This document shows positions 30,801 to 42,800 of a stretch of 48,431 nucleotides of DNA, piece after piece. The first letter of the stretch is position 1. Each line of letters opens with the position of its first letter. This DNA comes from Catajapyx aquilonaris. Taxonomy: Eukaryota. The notes under the pieces were generated by a model. The model had not been told where the DNA came from and made no database searches. It saw nothing but the letters and a program-made list of their open reading frames with translations. Location of the stretch: positions 1-48,431 of the forward strand of contig JYFJ02002967.1 of the NCBI GenBank assembly GCA_000934665.2. Reading direction: 5' to 3'. The position numbers and the translations under genes were made by a program.

Positions 30801-33800
30801 ACCTTTATACTTTTAATTTTGCAGTTACGTAGCACAAACCCACCCAACATAAACTGTGTGGATGCCTTGGGGAATTCCTGTCTGCATGTAGCAGCATATA
30901 GGGGCCACAAGGAAGTGGCTGTGCTGCTGCTGCAGAATGGTATTGACACTAGCCTTCGCAACCACCGGGGACAGACTGCCCTGGAACTCGCCAGGGATCC
31001 TCAGATGCAGCAGGTTCTGGATGTGCAACCCTTGAGGAGACTGCATAAGACAGCCACTCGTTTTGAGGGACAGCTTCTGAAGAGGTCTCGATTTATTGGA
31101 TGGAAACCTGTTTGGGTAAGAAAATAGCAGTTATTGGTTATCACTCTTATCAGTCAATTTTGATTTCATAAGTGAAAAAATAATCCTGTCACATTTGCCT
31201 GAAGGTACAGACATGATATTAACAAATATTTTTATTTGCCAATATTTTACTAGCTTCCTTGTCATGGTTGATTAGTGGATATAAATAGGGTAAACTGCTC
31301 TAATGAGCATCTATATTGGAATTTCCATGTAACTAATGGAAATATCTGGCTTTCTTCCAGGCTGTGTTGGAAAGGGGTGTTTTGGCCTACTTTAACAACC
31401 GTGCTGATGCGTGTTCAGGTGTTCACCGGAAAGATTTCAAATACCTTGATGGTGCTAGAGTGGTGCTTCTAGAAACCAGTGCTTCCACCTTTGTCATACA
31501 TTTCTCAGACAGCACCGTTCATCGACTCAGTGTACCAACAGTTGAAGCTAGTGAATTCAGTAGGCAGGTATGGAATGTCTCTCTTACCTGTCAAACTACA
31601 TGTGGTGAATTACACTATGTCCGATAGGGTCAGAATCTCATATTTCTAAAGGTGTCTGTAATGTATAAGAGCTTGCATCCTGTGTGATACCACCAACATA
31701 CATATTCAGTATCTTTTCATGGTATTTCTTTAGGAGCTGATAGCATCTGGAGGAGATTTAGAGAATCCTCAGTATTCCGAGCTTAATTTTCGGTTAATTT
31801 AGATATGTGGAAGTAGTGTTGTAAAAAAGCAGGAAATACTGACTGCTGGGGAAAAATGAAAGAAACACAATATTTTTTCCCCATGCCATCCACCACCTCC
31901 AGGTGATAGGCATTCAGAAAGGTTCAGATTTTATTTCACCTGACACATTTACTCAACTCATGTACAATCTATAAATTACCATCTCACATATGACTTCTAC
32001 ATGACTGGAGGGCCCAGTTGTCCAGTCTCCGCAAACTTGAATATGATCGGTGTTTCTGTAAACAATTTGGCCAAACTAAAATTGAAAATGACTGTTGATA
32101 ACTTTTGCTTTTATGCAGAAATGGATTCATGCCCTTCAGGAGCATATCTCCTTCAGCACCCATTACCTCAATCAAGGAAGTGTTATTTATGACAGTGATG
32201 AAGATGATAGAGATGTCAAACCACTAGGATCTATGCAAGTTAGTATATTGGTTATGAAGCAGTGCTCTGAGGCTATAAATATTTTATTGCCACTCACAAA
32301 ATAATAACACTTTCCCAGGATGCTCTTAAAAATGCTGCTGCTCATCATGGACTCCTGCAAAAGCAACTGACCGAAGCGTCAGGTATAATGGATGCACTCA
32401 CTACCAATGCACATGCTGAGGGGATTTATGGAGGAATGCTCAGAGTGAGTTAATTATATTTTCTTGTTGTTTACTTGTAACTGGGAAAGATGCAATTGCT
32501 GGGATATACTGATATGCCAGATTCATGCATTAGTGCAGTGATTAGCACCACACCCTTCCACGTCTGGGGTCCCAAGTTAAGTCCCTTAGTCAGGCGGAGG
32601 ATTCTCAGGTGTAAAAGAGTTTAGATGGGTTCTCTGTATGTTTGTCTTTGATTTCTTGATTTGCTCCAATTTCCTCCCACAATAAAAAGTCAATGAACAA
32701 TGCAGTGATTAAATATAGCCATGTCATTTAAAAGAGGATTCCCTAAAACACAGACCTCGCACTGTGGAACCAATTATATTATTATTATTGTAAGCAGAAA
32801 TTATACTTGAATCTAAATAATTATGTAGTGAAGGGTCTATTGTATTTCCTGTTTGAATTGTCATAATGTGACTTTTTTTTCTTTACATTTCCAGCGGATA
32901 CAGGGGATGTCAGACACTGCCCAAAGCATGCTGGGCACTTTAGGACACTGCCTGACCTTGTTTCAGCAACAGGAAGAAGTAAGCCAGTCTTTCTCAAACT
33001 CATGTTACAATTCACACCTCCAGACATATTATGTATTGACCACATGTACGGTCTGGCAATTCCTCCATCTGTACTAGATCTTGTGGCATCATAGCACAGG
33101 TAGACCCTGTTTTATGAAGAGATGAGATTCCAGCAAAACTGGATTATAAAGGGAAAAGTCATAAAACAAGGCCTACCTGTTCATGTGTGTAGAAGTGTAG
33201 ATACTGCCACAATGCACCACGAAAGACTAAAGAAATGCCTCCAGTGTGTTTGGATTCAGGTGTGTTACTAATTAGTTTTTTTGTTATTTTAAAATTTGTT
33301 TCAAATTGTTCATATTTAAGGTAATTTTGTAATGTGATACATAGTACATATGGTGTGCATCATGAAATGGGATCTACCTGTACTTGTAGTGAAGTTCTTT
33401 TGTGTGCTTTTTAAAAGCTGCATTATATCCTACAATACATTCCGAGTCTGCTAATACAGGTAAACCTGGATATAGCCAAAACTTGTTTGGTGGAGAAAAG
33501 TTTTGTGGTCCCAGCAGCAAGATAGGGTTTTTGTTTTAAATTTTCTTCATGGCAGAGCTGGTCTAACATTGAAATGCACAGCATTTATACACCCCTCATT
33601 AAGGAATACCCAGTGCATAATGAATTATTTGATATTTGATTAAAGACCATATGGTAAACTAGGAGTGGGCCAAAAAGTTAGAATGAAAATAGCCAAGAAT
33701 GGGTCAGTCAGCAGCATCAAAATAGTGGGCGATAGGTCAGTGATTAGCATTTGATGACCCCTTCCATGACGAGCGATGAATTCCACTACCCCATGCTGCA

Positions 33801-36800
33801 GAAATTTTTAAACATTTTTAATTGTGGCATTATGAAAAGGGTCCTATCCAAGAACAGTTAACTGAATATCAACGAGCATGGCTTTGTCCCTTCTTTTCAA
33901 GGTACGCTCCCTGCAATTGAAACAAGAGCAAGAGAAGTGCCGTGTTCTGGAAGAAGCACTTCATGTCTTGGCCAAGGAGCATCATGAACTTGAGCAATCA
34001 GTTGCCTCGCACCTCTCCTCCCCTGTTGGGTCTCCTGCTGTGAGAGCCACTGCTGGGTGCACTCCACGATTTTATGACACTTCTGATGATGAGTTTTATG
34101 ATGCTTTTGATGCAGGTAAATTTTATGATATTAATTCTATGTAAATACCTCCAGTAGTTTATCTTTGGTCAAAGCCCTCAAATTCTGTCAAATGTACTCC
34201 TAATTTTTTAAATAATTCAAATTGTAAGTCAAAATTAGTTTTTATTTCCACTTGTATCAAAGATTGTTTCATATGACCCCAGAAATGGGTAGAAAATAAT
34301 GATATTTATTCTGTTCTGATAGATACTGATGATGGAACATTGGTGACTGCTGCATCAAATTTCTCTGACTCTGACTCTGACACTCTTGTTAGTGTGCACT
34401 CTCTAGCTGCCAGTGAGTCATCCACCGGTACTCTGACCTCTCCGTCCCACAGTGTTGCTGTTGGTGCCTTTGCTGATCGACAATTGCATAAACGTCGTCC
34501 AAGGAGAAATGTTTGGAAGCATCACCATGGGCGGCAAGTACCTGATCCCATTTCAGCATGCATTTTTCAAGTCAACTTGAGTTTGAGAAGTTGTGGAATG
34601 CTGCTGGTCTTAGTTAATTCTCATGCTTTAGGACTTGTTCAAAAGTACTCACCTTACACAGGTTATATTTGTTAGGGCTGAGGTAGCATGTGTTTTGTGT
34701 ACTACTGTACAATAATTTTCGAGTAATCAAAACCTGGGTTGAGATCTGAGATAAAAGCTTTTGAAAATATGAATGCTATTAGGTTTTTAAAAGTGTAGGT
34801 TGAGGTTGCTCTGATTGCATAGGGTTGGCCGTGTGTCCATTACTTTTTCCCTAATAAATGATATGCAGTAAGCCACATGAATAGCAAAGGGTGTTCTTTT
34901 CTAATGAGAAGCTCTTAACCCTTCTTGTGTAATTACACTGGATGAAGTAGTATTAATGTAAGTGCCATATAAGTACTTGACTAATACCAAATCTTTGGAA
35001 TAGGCTTTATGAGTGTGGTTTTGCGTAGGTGTCCTCTTCCTTCTGCATACTAGCTTGGCACACTGGTTATTGAAACTGGAGAGGAAAGGTGAGGACATGT
35101 AGCATTGCCATGTTGCTCATGTTTAATGAAAATGGAAAGAGATGGCGATTGACAAGTTGACCATACCATCTACTCAACCAGAGCTAAATTCAAGCTTGAC
35201 ATTGGGAAGTACAAGGTGTCATGTAAAACACTGACAAACTTGTAGGGGTAATAGAGGGGACCAAAACAAACATATTTCTTATAGGAACCCATGTCCAGAA
35301 ACTCCATCTAGAGGTGGTTCATAGACAAGGAACGGGTCGCTCAGACGCGTTTCCGGACACTGGTTCCTACATGAAATATATTTGTCTTGATCCCCTCTAT
35401 TACCCCTACAAGTTTGTCGGTGTTTTTCATGAACACCCAGTATATTTTTAGACAGTTATGTCCGACATTGCACTCTGTCAACAAAAAAACACACAGTTTT
35501 GACTGAACATATCCTGGCACTAAACAGCCATTAGCACTCTCCCAAGGTAAAGCCTATGAAAATGAAAGCCTCGAAGCGATGATGGTTGTATAGCACCAGG
35601 ATACGCTTGGCCAAAAAACTTGCCAAGAATTAGTACCAAACCAGTATCACGAGAGAGCACTTCAAAGCCCTTGGTTCCTTGAAATATATGACACTGCATG
35701 CACAGTCTGAAACCAGATAAGATTCATTTATGGAAGGTGTGTTGGGTTGTAATGGTAAATCCACATGTGCTGATGTGTATTTTCTTAGCTATAATCCTGC
35801 AATAATGACAGGGATGTACTGATAATGGTTTTGAATTATTATATTGATGGGTCTCATTATGCTACATCAATCAAATCATCGGAATCAATTGTAAATCATT
35901 ATTTATTACATGTTGACAGGAATTATATTTGGGGTTGTTCAAGGCTTCATAGATTATTTCAGTGCCTTCTGCATGTCATTGCGCCAACTTGTTTGGTGGC
36001 ATTAGGTACAAGGGGCGAATCCTAGTAACGCACCACCTGCACATTTGAGGAACCCACACAAATGTGGGAACAAGTGTTCTACCAATATGACGGTGGGCGT
36101 TGTTGAGTCAATATCTGGCGTCACCTGCACAATTCCATTATGACAACAATACCCGGACCTCAACAGAGGTGCTTGCGTCAAGTCCTGAGGGAAGTACGCG
36201 TTTGTGGCGACGTCTGAATCGCACATGGAGGCATTTGTTGTCCACCGATTTCCCCACCCCCTGTGGTAGAAGAGGCAGCTCCTAGTGGTTCCAATGGAAG
36301 GTCTGCGATCGATTTTAGGTATGGAGCAGGCAGGCAGGGCGGGCAGGGCTTGTGTAGGAGGGTATAAAATAGGGGGTGGCAGGCAGAGGTGGTAAGAGTG
36401 GAATGGTTCCAGGCGCTGGCGCCGCGGCTTCTGCTGCTCCTACTACTGACACTGCATCTGGTGGTGGCCGTGGAGGTGACCGTGACATTGGTGGTGACGG
36501 TGGTGCTTGTGGTGGTCATGATGGGCGCATCCATGCATTGATTGGCGCAAGGTGATTTTTTGTTGCGTTTCCCCCCCTGTCACTCTTCCCCCGCACATCA
36601 CCAAAAAAAGAGAGAGGAAAATATGTGTCTCGGCCCCGTCCACCTCCGCATTTTGTGCCGACCACTTCTACTTGCGTTGGCGGTAGTCCACCGAAGATAG
36701 TATTCACTCCCCACTTCCTCCCCTTCACTAGTGATTGATGGCTACACTGACGTAGTACTATGACAATAGAGACAGTCGGGTCAGTAGGACGGCCTTTAGT

Positions 36801-39800
36801 GGCTAACCCTGAGTTAGATTTGAGCATGCAGTGTAGCTGGACCTCTAGTAGCACTCTGGATGCATCGTACTTGAGGAATGAATGGCCCTGTAGAATTTTG
36901 GGATGGTGCGACGTCATTTTGTCACGACTGATTTGCATTGCAAATCGTCATTTTTGGAAATAAATTCGTTAGAGTCGTGTACTGTACTTCAGTGCGACTT
37001 TTGTGTTTGACATGCAAAATGTAGCGGGAGATCGTCCCATTCCAGGTATTTTGTGAGTAAACATCACTCGACGTAATTGCTACGCACCATACTGCCCTGA
37101 GGGCGTGTGGTGGTTATCGCCATAGCCTTTCGGCTTGAGTGTTTTTATCAGCTGCCATAAATTGTAGCGTAAGTTATCTTAAGCATCATTTCCGTAACGA
37201 TGCCATTCACAGTTGATCAGCAAGACTGGAAAATGGAATATCTGTCAACAATATTTTAAAATTTGAATCACTAGCTACCCCCGGAATCCATTAATTAAGT
37301 ATTCCTGACAATCGAAAGGCAAAAGGAAATGACACTCTGAGACATTCGCATTGGCCAGTCTAGGTTTATGCCAGATATTTTGTAGTCTCGTTATAGGCAC
37401 AACTGCCACCTTACAGGTAAGAGCGTAGGTTTTCCGGAGAGGATTACGTCAACAACGCAGCGCAATACAAATTACCCGTGAGCAGTCCGTGTTAAGCTGT
37501 TATACTGAGGCCTGAAACATGAGGTAAATGAGGAGAGCTACTTGCAAGTCTGCATGTGCAATATTATTGTAAATGGTGCGTCATTCTTTCATAACTTGAA
37601 ATTACATCTCATCTCGCGCACGGTTATCCTTGAGACCGCGTTCCAGCTGGGTGCTCTAGCCGACTTATTACAGCATTTGGTGAGGAAAATGTTCAAACTG
37701 CACGCAGCTCCAAACCCCATCATTTTCCATATTACTGCGCGTGAAATGGTTGTAATGGCAGGAATGGCCGCGAATAAGGCAATCTGCCAAACACAATGAC
37801 ATTCTGCGGCGGCTGTGTTGTCGGAGCGATTAAAAGGCGGATCAGATGTACCGAGTGGGGTGGGACTGGTCACCTATGGGAGATTCAATTTGCTGGGCCA
37901 ATGGGAGCTTGTTAGTTCAGCGCCAAGTCAATTTGATGGACGAGAAAGCATTAGGTGTAACCAGGAGGAAATGGTCTCCCCCTTCGCCAGTTTATATCAC
38001 GGAGGCAAGAGCCATGGGATATGGATCTTCATCAAGTATTAATTCCCGGTAGTAAATGGCTCCCAAATAGGACTTGAATCTTGGATCCTGCCTCCTCGCG
38101 ACAGTTGGTAAATGAAGCTATTAGTTTAGGTACTGAATCCTTGGACCTGATGAGCTGGCGCCGACTTCCAACAATGACTTGCATATTTTATTCTCTTTGA
38201 TCCATTAATAAAATCGCGCTTAACCTTTTCGCAAATAGGACGACCTTCGCGGTGTCCAACATGGCCTAGTAGTCAGTGGAAACACTCGTTACTACTTAAT
38301 TAGTGGGACATAAGGCGTGCTCCGTAGCTGCAAGTATACAAACGGATGTTTGCTAGCATGTGCAAGGTCACATGTATCATCTGGTTTTAAAATTGCGCAT
38401 ACATGTCAGACCTCGTGACAGGTAGTTTGAGTGGGAAGGAGATAATCGAATGGCATGTAAGAACAGATGTAAGGGTGAAGACAACCGTGGTATGCTATTT
38501 GGAATCCCCCAAGAAAGATTTCAGTCTCAGTGACGTCAGTTGTCGGTCGGTAAAAAAAAGTTGCTCTCAACTTTATTGCCCGTGTAACTTTTAAGGTGCG
38601 GTGAGTTATGGTCCAGAGAATAGTTCTCATTAGTATTGTTTAGAATCAGTAGCCAGTAGGTACAGGCTACCCTTTTAAAAAGAGCATAGATGCTCTTTTT
38701 AAAAAGGTAGCCTGTACCTGATAACAAAAATTTCATATCCTTTTTATGTGTCACATCTGAATTTCCGCTGCTAGTTCTTCCATTGCACTTGTAGCCTGTG
38801 GAGAAATTCAAAGTTACGCCATTATTTAGTCAAAACCGGACCGAGTCATGTACCAGTTGTATATAAATGCAAACTAAGGCAAAATCTCTGATTATATGAC
38901 GTATGATCATGTGACGTAGACTTCGTTTTGGAACCGTGGAAATGGAAGGCCCCTACTGCTTCTGCTTCTCGGTGAAGCGAGAAAGGCACAAGGTTTGCCT
39001 ATCGTCCAGGATAACATGTACTACTTTCGTATGCTCTGCTCTCATCTGAGAATTACATGCATCAGGTGCTAGACATGCTGAACAGAGTGGCAATGAGATA
39101 AGTAATCAGGAATTGCGTAGCGGCAACATTGTATAGGCGGTAATTAGAGCACTCCATTCATCAGGGTTGTCAGGATGCTTTGACATTCTACTACTAGGTC
39201 TACATTACACTGTCTATTCAAAACGAACCGGGTTGTAAAGTTCTTCATGACACGCAGGGCGGTACCGTCTGTTATTCGAGTATAGCGCCCATTGTATGCG
39301 ACCCTGCGACCTGTTCAAAAATTGCTTAAGCCGTAAATCGTTTGTCATTTAACGATAAGCTACTTGTCCAGCTATCACAATGAGCTTAGAGCTAGTGAGA
39401 ATATGGCACAATCAATGTTCTGCTATAATATTGGGCAATTGTGGGTTTCCATAGTTTCCATGTAAACTCGCACATAGCTTTCCCGGATGATTACACCAGC
39501 CCGGCACATTTTCTTTTGATCACGAAAGATGGACAGAGGAATCGCAAGTTGTTCTAGTATTTTAATTAGAAGTAAATGATTTTTTCAATACTAAACCGAC
39601 ATGTGCGTGTACTAAATGTTGCAACGGACTATTGCACCACACTTGCACCGCAGAAGGTCGTCCTGTGATGTATCTCTTAACTAACACGAATGTTAATTTG
39701 ATACGCCATTTGCATCGCGTGGTCGCGTTATTGCACGCACCAGACACGCACTACACCCGATTGTAGTGGTGCATTTGTGCATAATCCCCGGATTTATTAT

Positions 39801-42800
39801 TCGCATCCTGGTGTCATCTGAAAAGAGCGGCTGTCACTCCAATGAGCCGTGTTGCCAGCAGCCCTGGCCATAACGGGAATCGATATACCAGCCCTGTTTT
39901 TTGAGACCACCATCCAAATTTAAATTGTTGACATTGGCGATATGCTATGCTGCACGCAGAGGTCCAATCTGCACGGTACCCATTGCGTACCAATTCGCAC
40001 GCAATCCGATTGTCCACGTCCTAATCGACCAAAAAGGGTGAACGTCTTCGCTCGCGTTTTTGGTTAAGATGTCATTGTTCTTGAAGCAAAAAGATGCCAT
40101 GCCAACCTGACTTGCGAATTTTTCGCGATCGACCTTGCGGGACGGTAGGGTGGGGTGGGGGATGTAGGAAATGGTTGAGTTGTGCGCGTGACGTCATTGT
40201 GACGTGGGGCGCCCCTCCTCTGGCGCGTCTCTTATTGTGCCATGTAGGGGCCAGTTCGCAGCTATGTCTTCCGAGGGCTGGTTCAGAATGGTAGGGGTTC
40301 AGATTTCGAAGGACAAGCATCGACCGCGAATCACGTGATTCAGTGCTTAGAGGGGGGGAAAGGGGGCTTAGTACGACGGAGGTGGTGGAGAACTCCGGGA
40401 GTCTTTGAGTGGTGTCTTAGGCAGTTAGTCTCGCAGTTAGTGGTCTGAGCCGTAATAAAAATGTATGGGATATGTAGTCCCACCTACGGTTGACACTTGC
40501 TGCACGTGCTTGTAGGCCGCGGTTATGTAAGATCGGGGAGGAAAAGTGCGAGATGATCTCATCACCGAATTGTGCATAAGCCAGGGGTGATGTTTTTACC
40601 TGTACGCATGGTAGAAACGGTGATTGGGATTGACTTGCCGATTGTTGAAGCGTAATTATTGCACGTGAAGCCACGGGCGGATATTCTGAGATCACCGCCG
40701 ATTTGCATTGTACTTCCTTCTTTTTTAAATGTTAACCTTGTTATATGACAACCGAAGCGAGTGTGATGTAGTGGTGATGAGTGTGTGATGCGGATGGAGA
40801 TGTGACCTCATTTTTTGTCGTATGATTTTCATGTTTGGTGACATCCTTACATTCCTCGTCCATTTCACCTGGTTTTCTTCCGTACTTTTTTTTTGTGTTG
40901 ATTTTCGTTCACTTCAAATCCACTACATCTGTTTTGTCCAATGTACTTTGTCTAGAACTTCTAAAGAGTGAGGTGTGGTTTGAGTGCGAGAAAAAAGGAG
41001 TGAGAAGATGGCAGCAGCTAATGATGAGGAGGAATCTAAACGCAGGTTAGTTCAAGTGTGGTTATCTTCACCAACTATAATGTGTACCGGGCCCGTGATT
41101 TGAGAAGGTCGGGTGACTCAGGTAATTGCATGGGTAGGACAGCAGGTGTTGACACCGCCTAATCACAGCTCCATGACAATTTGATAACCTCTCGTCAGTC
41201 CTTCGAACCGTAATTTCTTTGGGTATATGGAGCTTACAGGTCATTGCTCGATTCAAGAGAAAAAGTGGGTGCATGTCTCGAAGAGTATTGTTTCCGACGC
41301 GACGGGGACATCGGTTGCTGGGTTACCGTCTGGGGGTCTGCCTAAGGTCGTGAACTGTGCAGGTCAAATCCGTTGCGTCGCAAATGAAACTGCTCTCTGG
41401 CTGCAATGAATATGCACTGGACCTGGAGGTGTGTGCAGGCAATCGCGAAGAATATCATGGAGCGTGACAGTGAGTTTGAATCTAATATTGCAAAATCAAA
41501 GAGGCTATCACCTAGAAAGGGGATGGACTTCCGATAGAGATGTGATAGTATAGTTTCCAGAGATACAGCATGCTGGAAATTGAGATGGAAGGCTGTAAAT
41601 CTAGTTAGTGGGAGTAAACGTGAGTTACCAGGCCGTTATTGGCGGAATGGTCGAATGCTCATCAGATCGAGGGTGTGTAGGAAACACATTTTCCAGGCGT
41701 TTCATTCGACCGAGAGGAGTTTGTCTTCCGCTCTTCTGACCTGTTGTAATAATGGCCAACATTGGCAGGAAATTGAAAGGAAAAAAAGCTGGAGCGGAAA
41801 AGGGTTGGTGGGGCGCCTGGTATTATATCCCTATTGATTTTGCTTCCTGCAAGACCTGCTGGCTATTGATTGCTGGAGAGCACAAATCCTGGTTTTGGCC
41901 CACTGAAGGGGGTAGGAAGGCACCCCAGTTTCCACCCAGCCGAGTGTCTGGGACAGGATAATGAGGATGGTCGAGTGTCTCTTTTATATTTTGGCTCCAG
42001 TCCAGTATGAACCACGTGGGAGGCTTCAAACGGGATGCTGTGTGCTGACAGCTCCAGAAAAAGAGCTGGAAGCTTCCAGGCGCTCTCAATTTTCCAGCTA
42101 AACCCGTCGCATCTGTCTAGGTGCTGATGGTATTGACCCACTTGGTGGACGCAGAGGGTGTTGGAAATTGAAATTAAGCCAGTGCAGTGACGTCAAATGC
42201 AGCTTCTGTTGAAAAGGAGGAACAATGGTGGCTGGCAAGGATGTCTTGTTGAACTAGACGGAAATTAGAAACAGCCCGGCCAGTAATTAAAATGGATGAC
42301 CTTGCCCTCTTTGGAAGCGTGTTTGTTCTTCTGGTGGAATTACAAGGTTTTGGTCGATGGGATGCCCCTATTGCGCGCGTACCTGTAGGTGGTCGGATGG
42401 GAATCCACTTATCGGATGGTATTTAGCGAGACACTTAACGGCCAGAAATTGCGTCTTCCTGATTGGATGTAGACGAGAAAAATGGTGTGATTGCCGAACT
42501 TTGGGGGTGCTAATTGTGGAAGTTTGGAAGTGGGTCGGGTGTTGGGTGACTTCTCAAAACGTTCCGCTGATGGGAGGATTTCAATTGATTTGGCTTGTAA
42601 TGTTCGCAGAAGACTTGACATTCCGGGTATTAAAGAGTTCATAGGTGTGCTCAATAGAGGCGGAATTAATGTGATCAGTGCCCTGAGACATTATTCCATC
42701 CCACGCCTGTAAATAAAGGAATGAATAGTTAGTAGTGATATTAACTCAGGAGAGCATTTTCTTGTGTCTGCGTGTTTTCGCTGTAGAGCTATCTCAGGGT

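Noticed and set aside
36178..36534. 118-aa Thr-rich minus-strand ORF as a nested gene, and TCCTGA at 36183 as an antizyme-like frameshift site
   Set aside because: No domain similarity recognised. The ORF is explained by low-complexity GGT repeats, and there is no antizyme-like ORF2.
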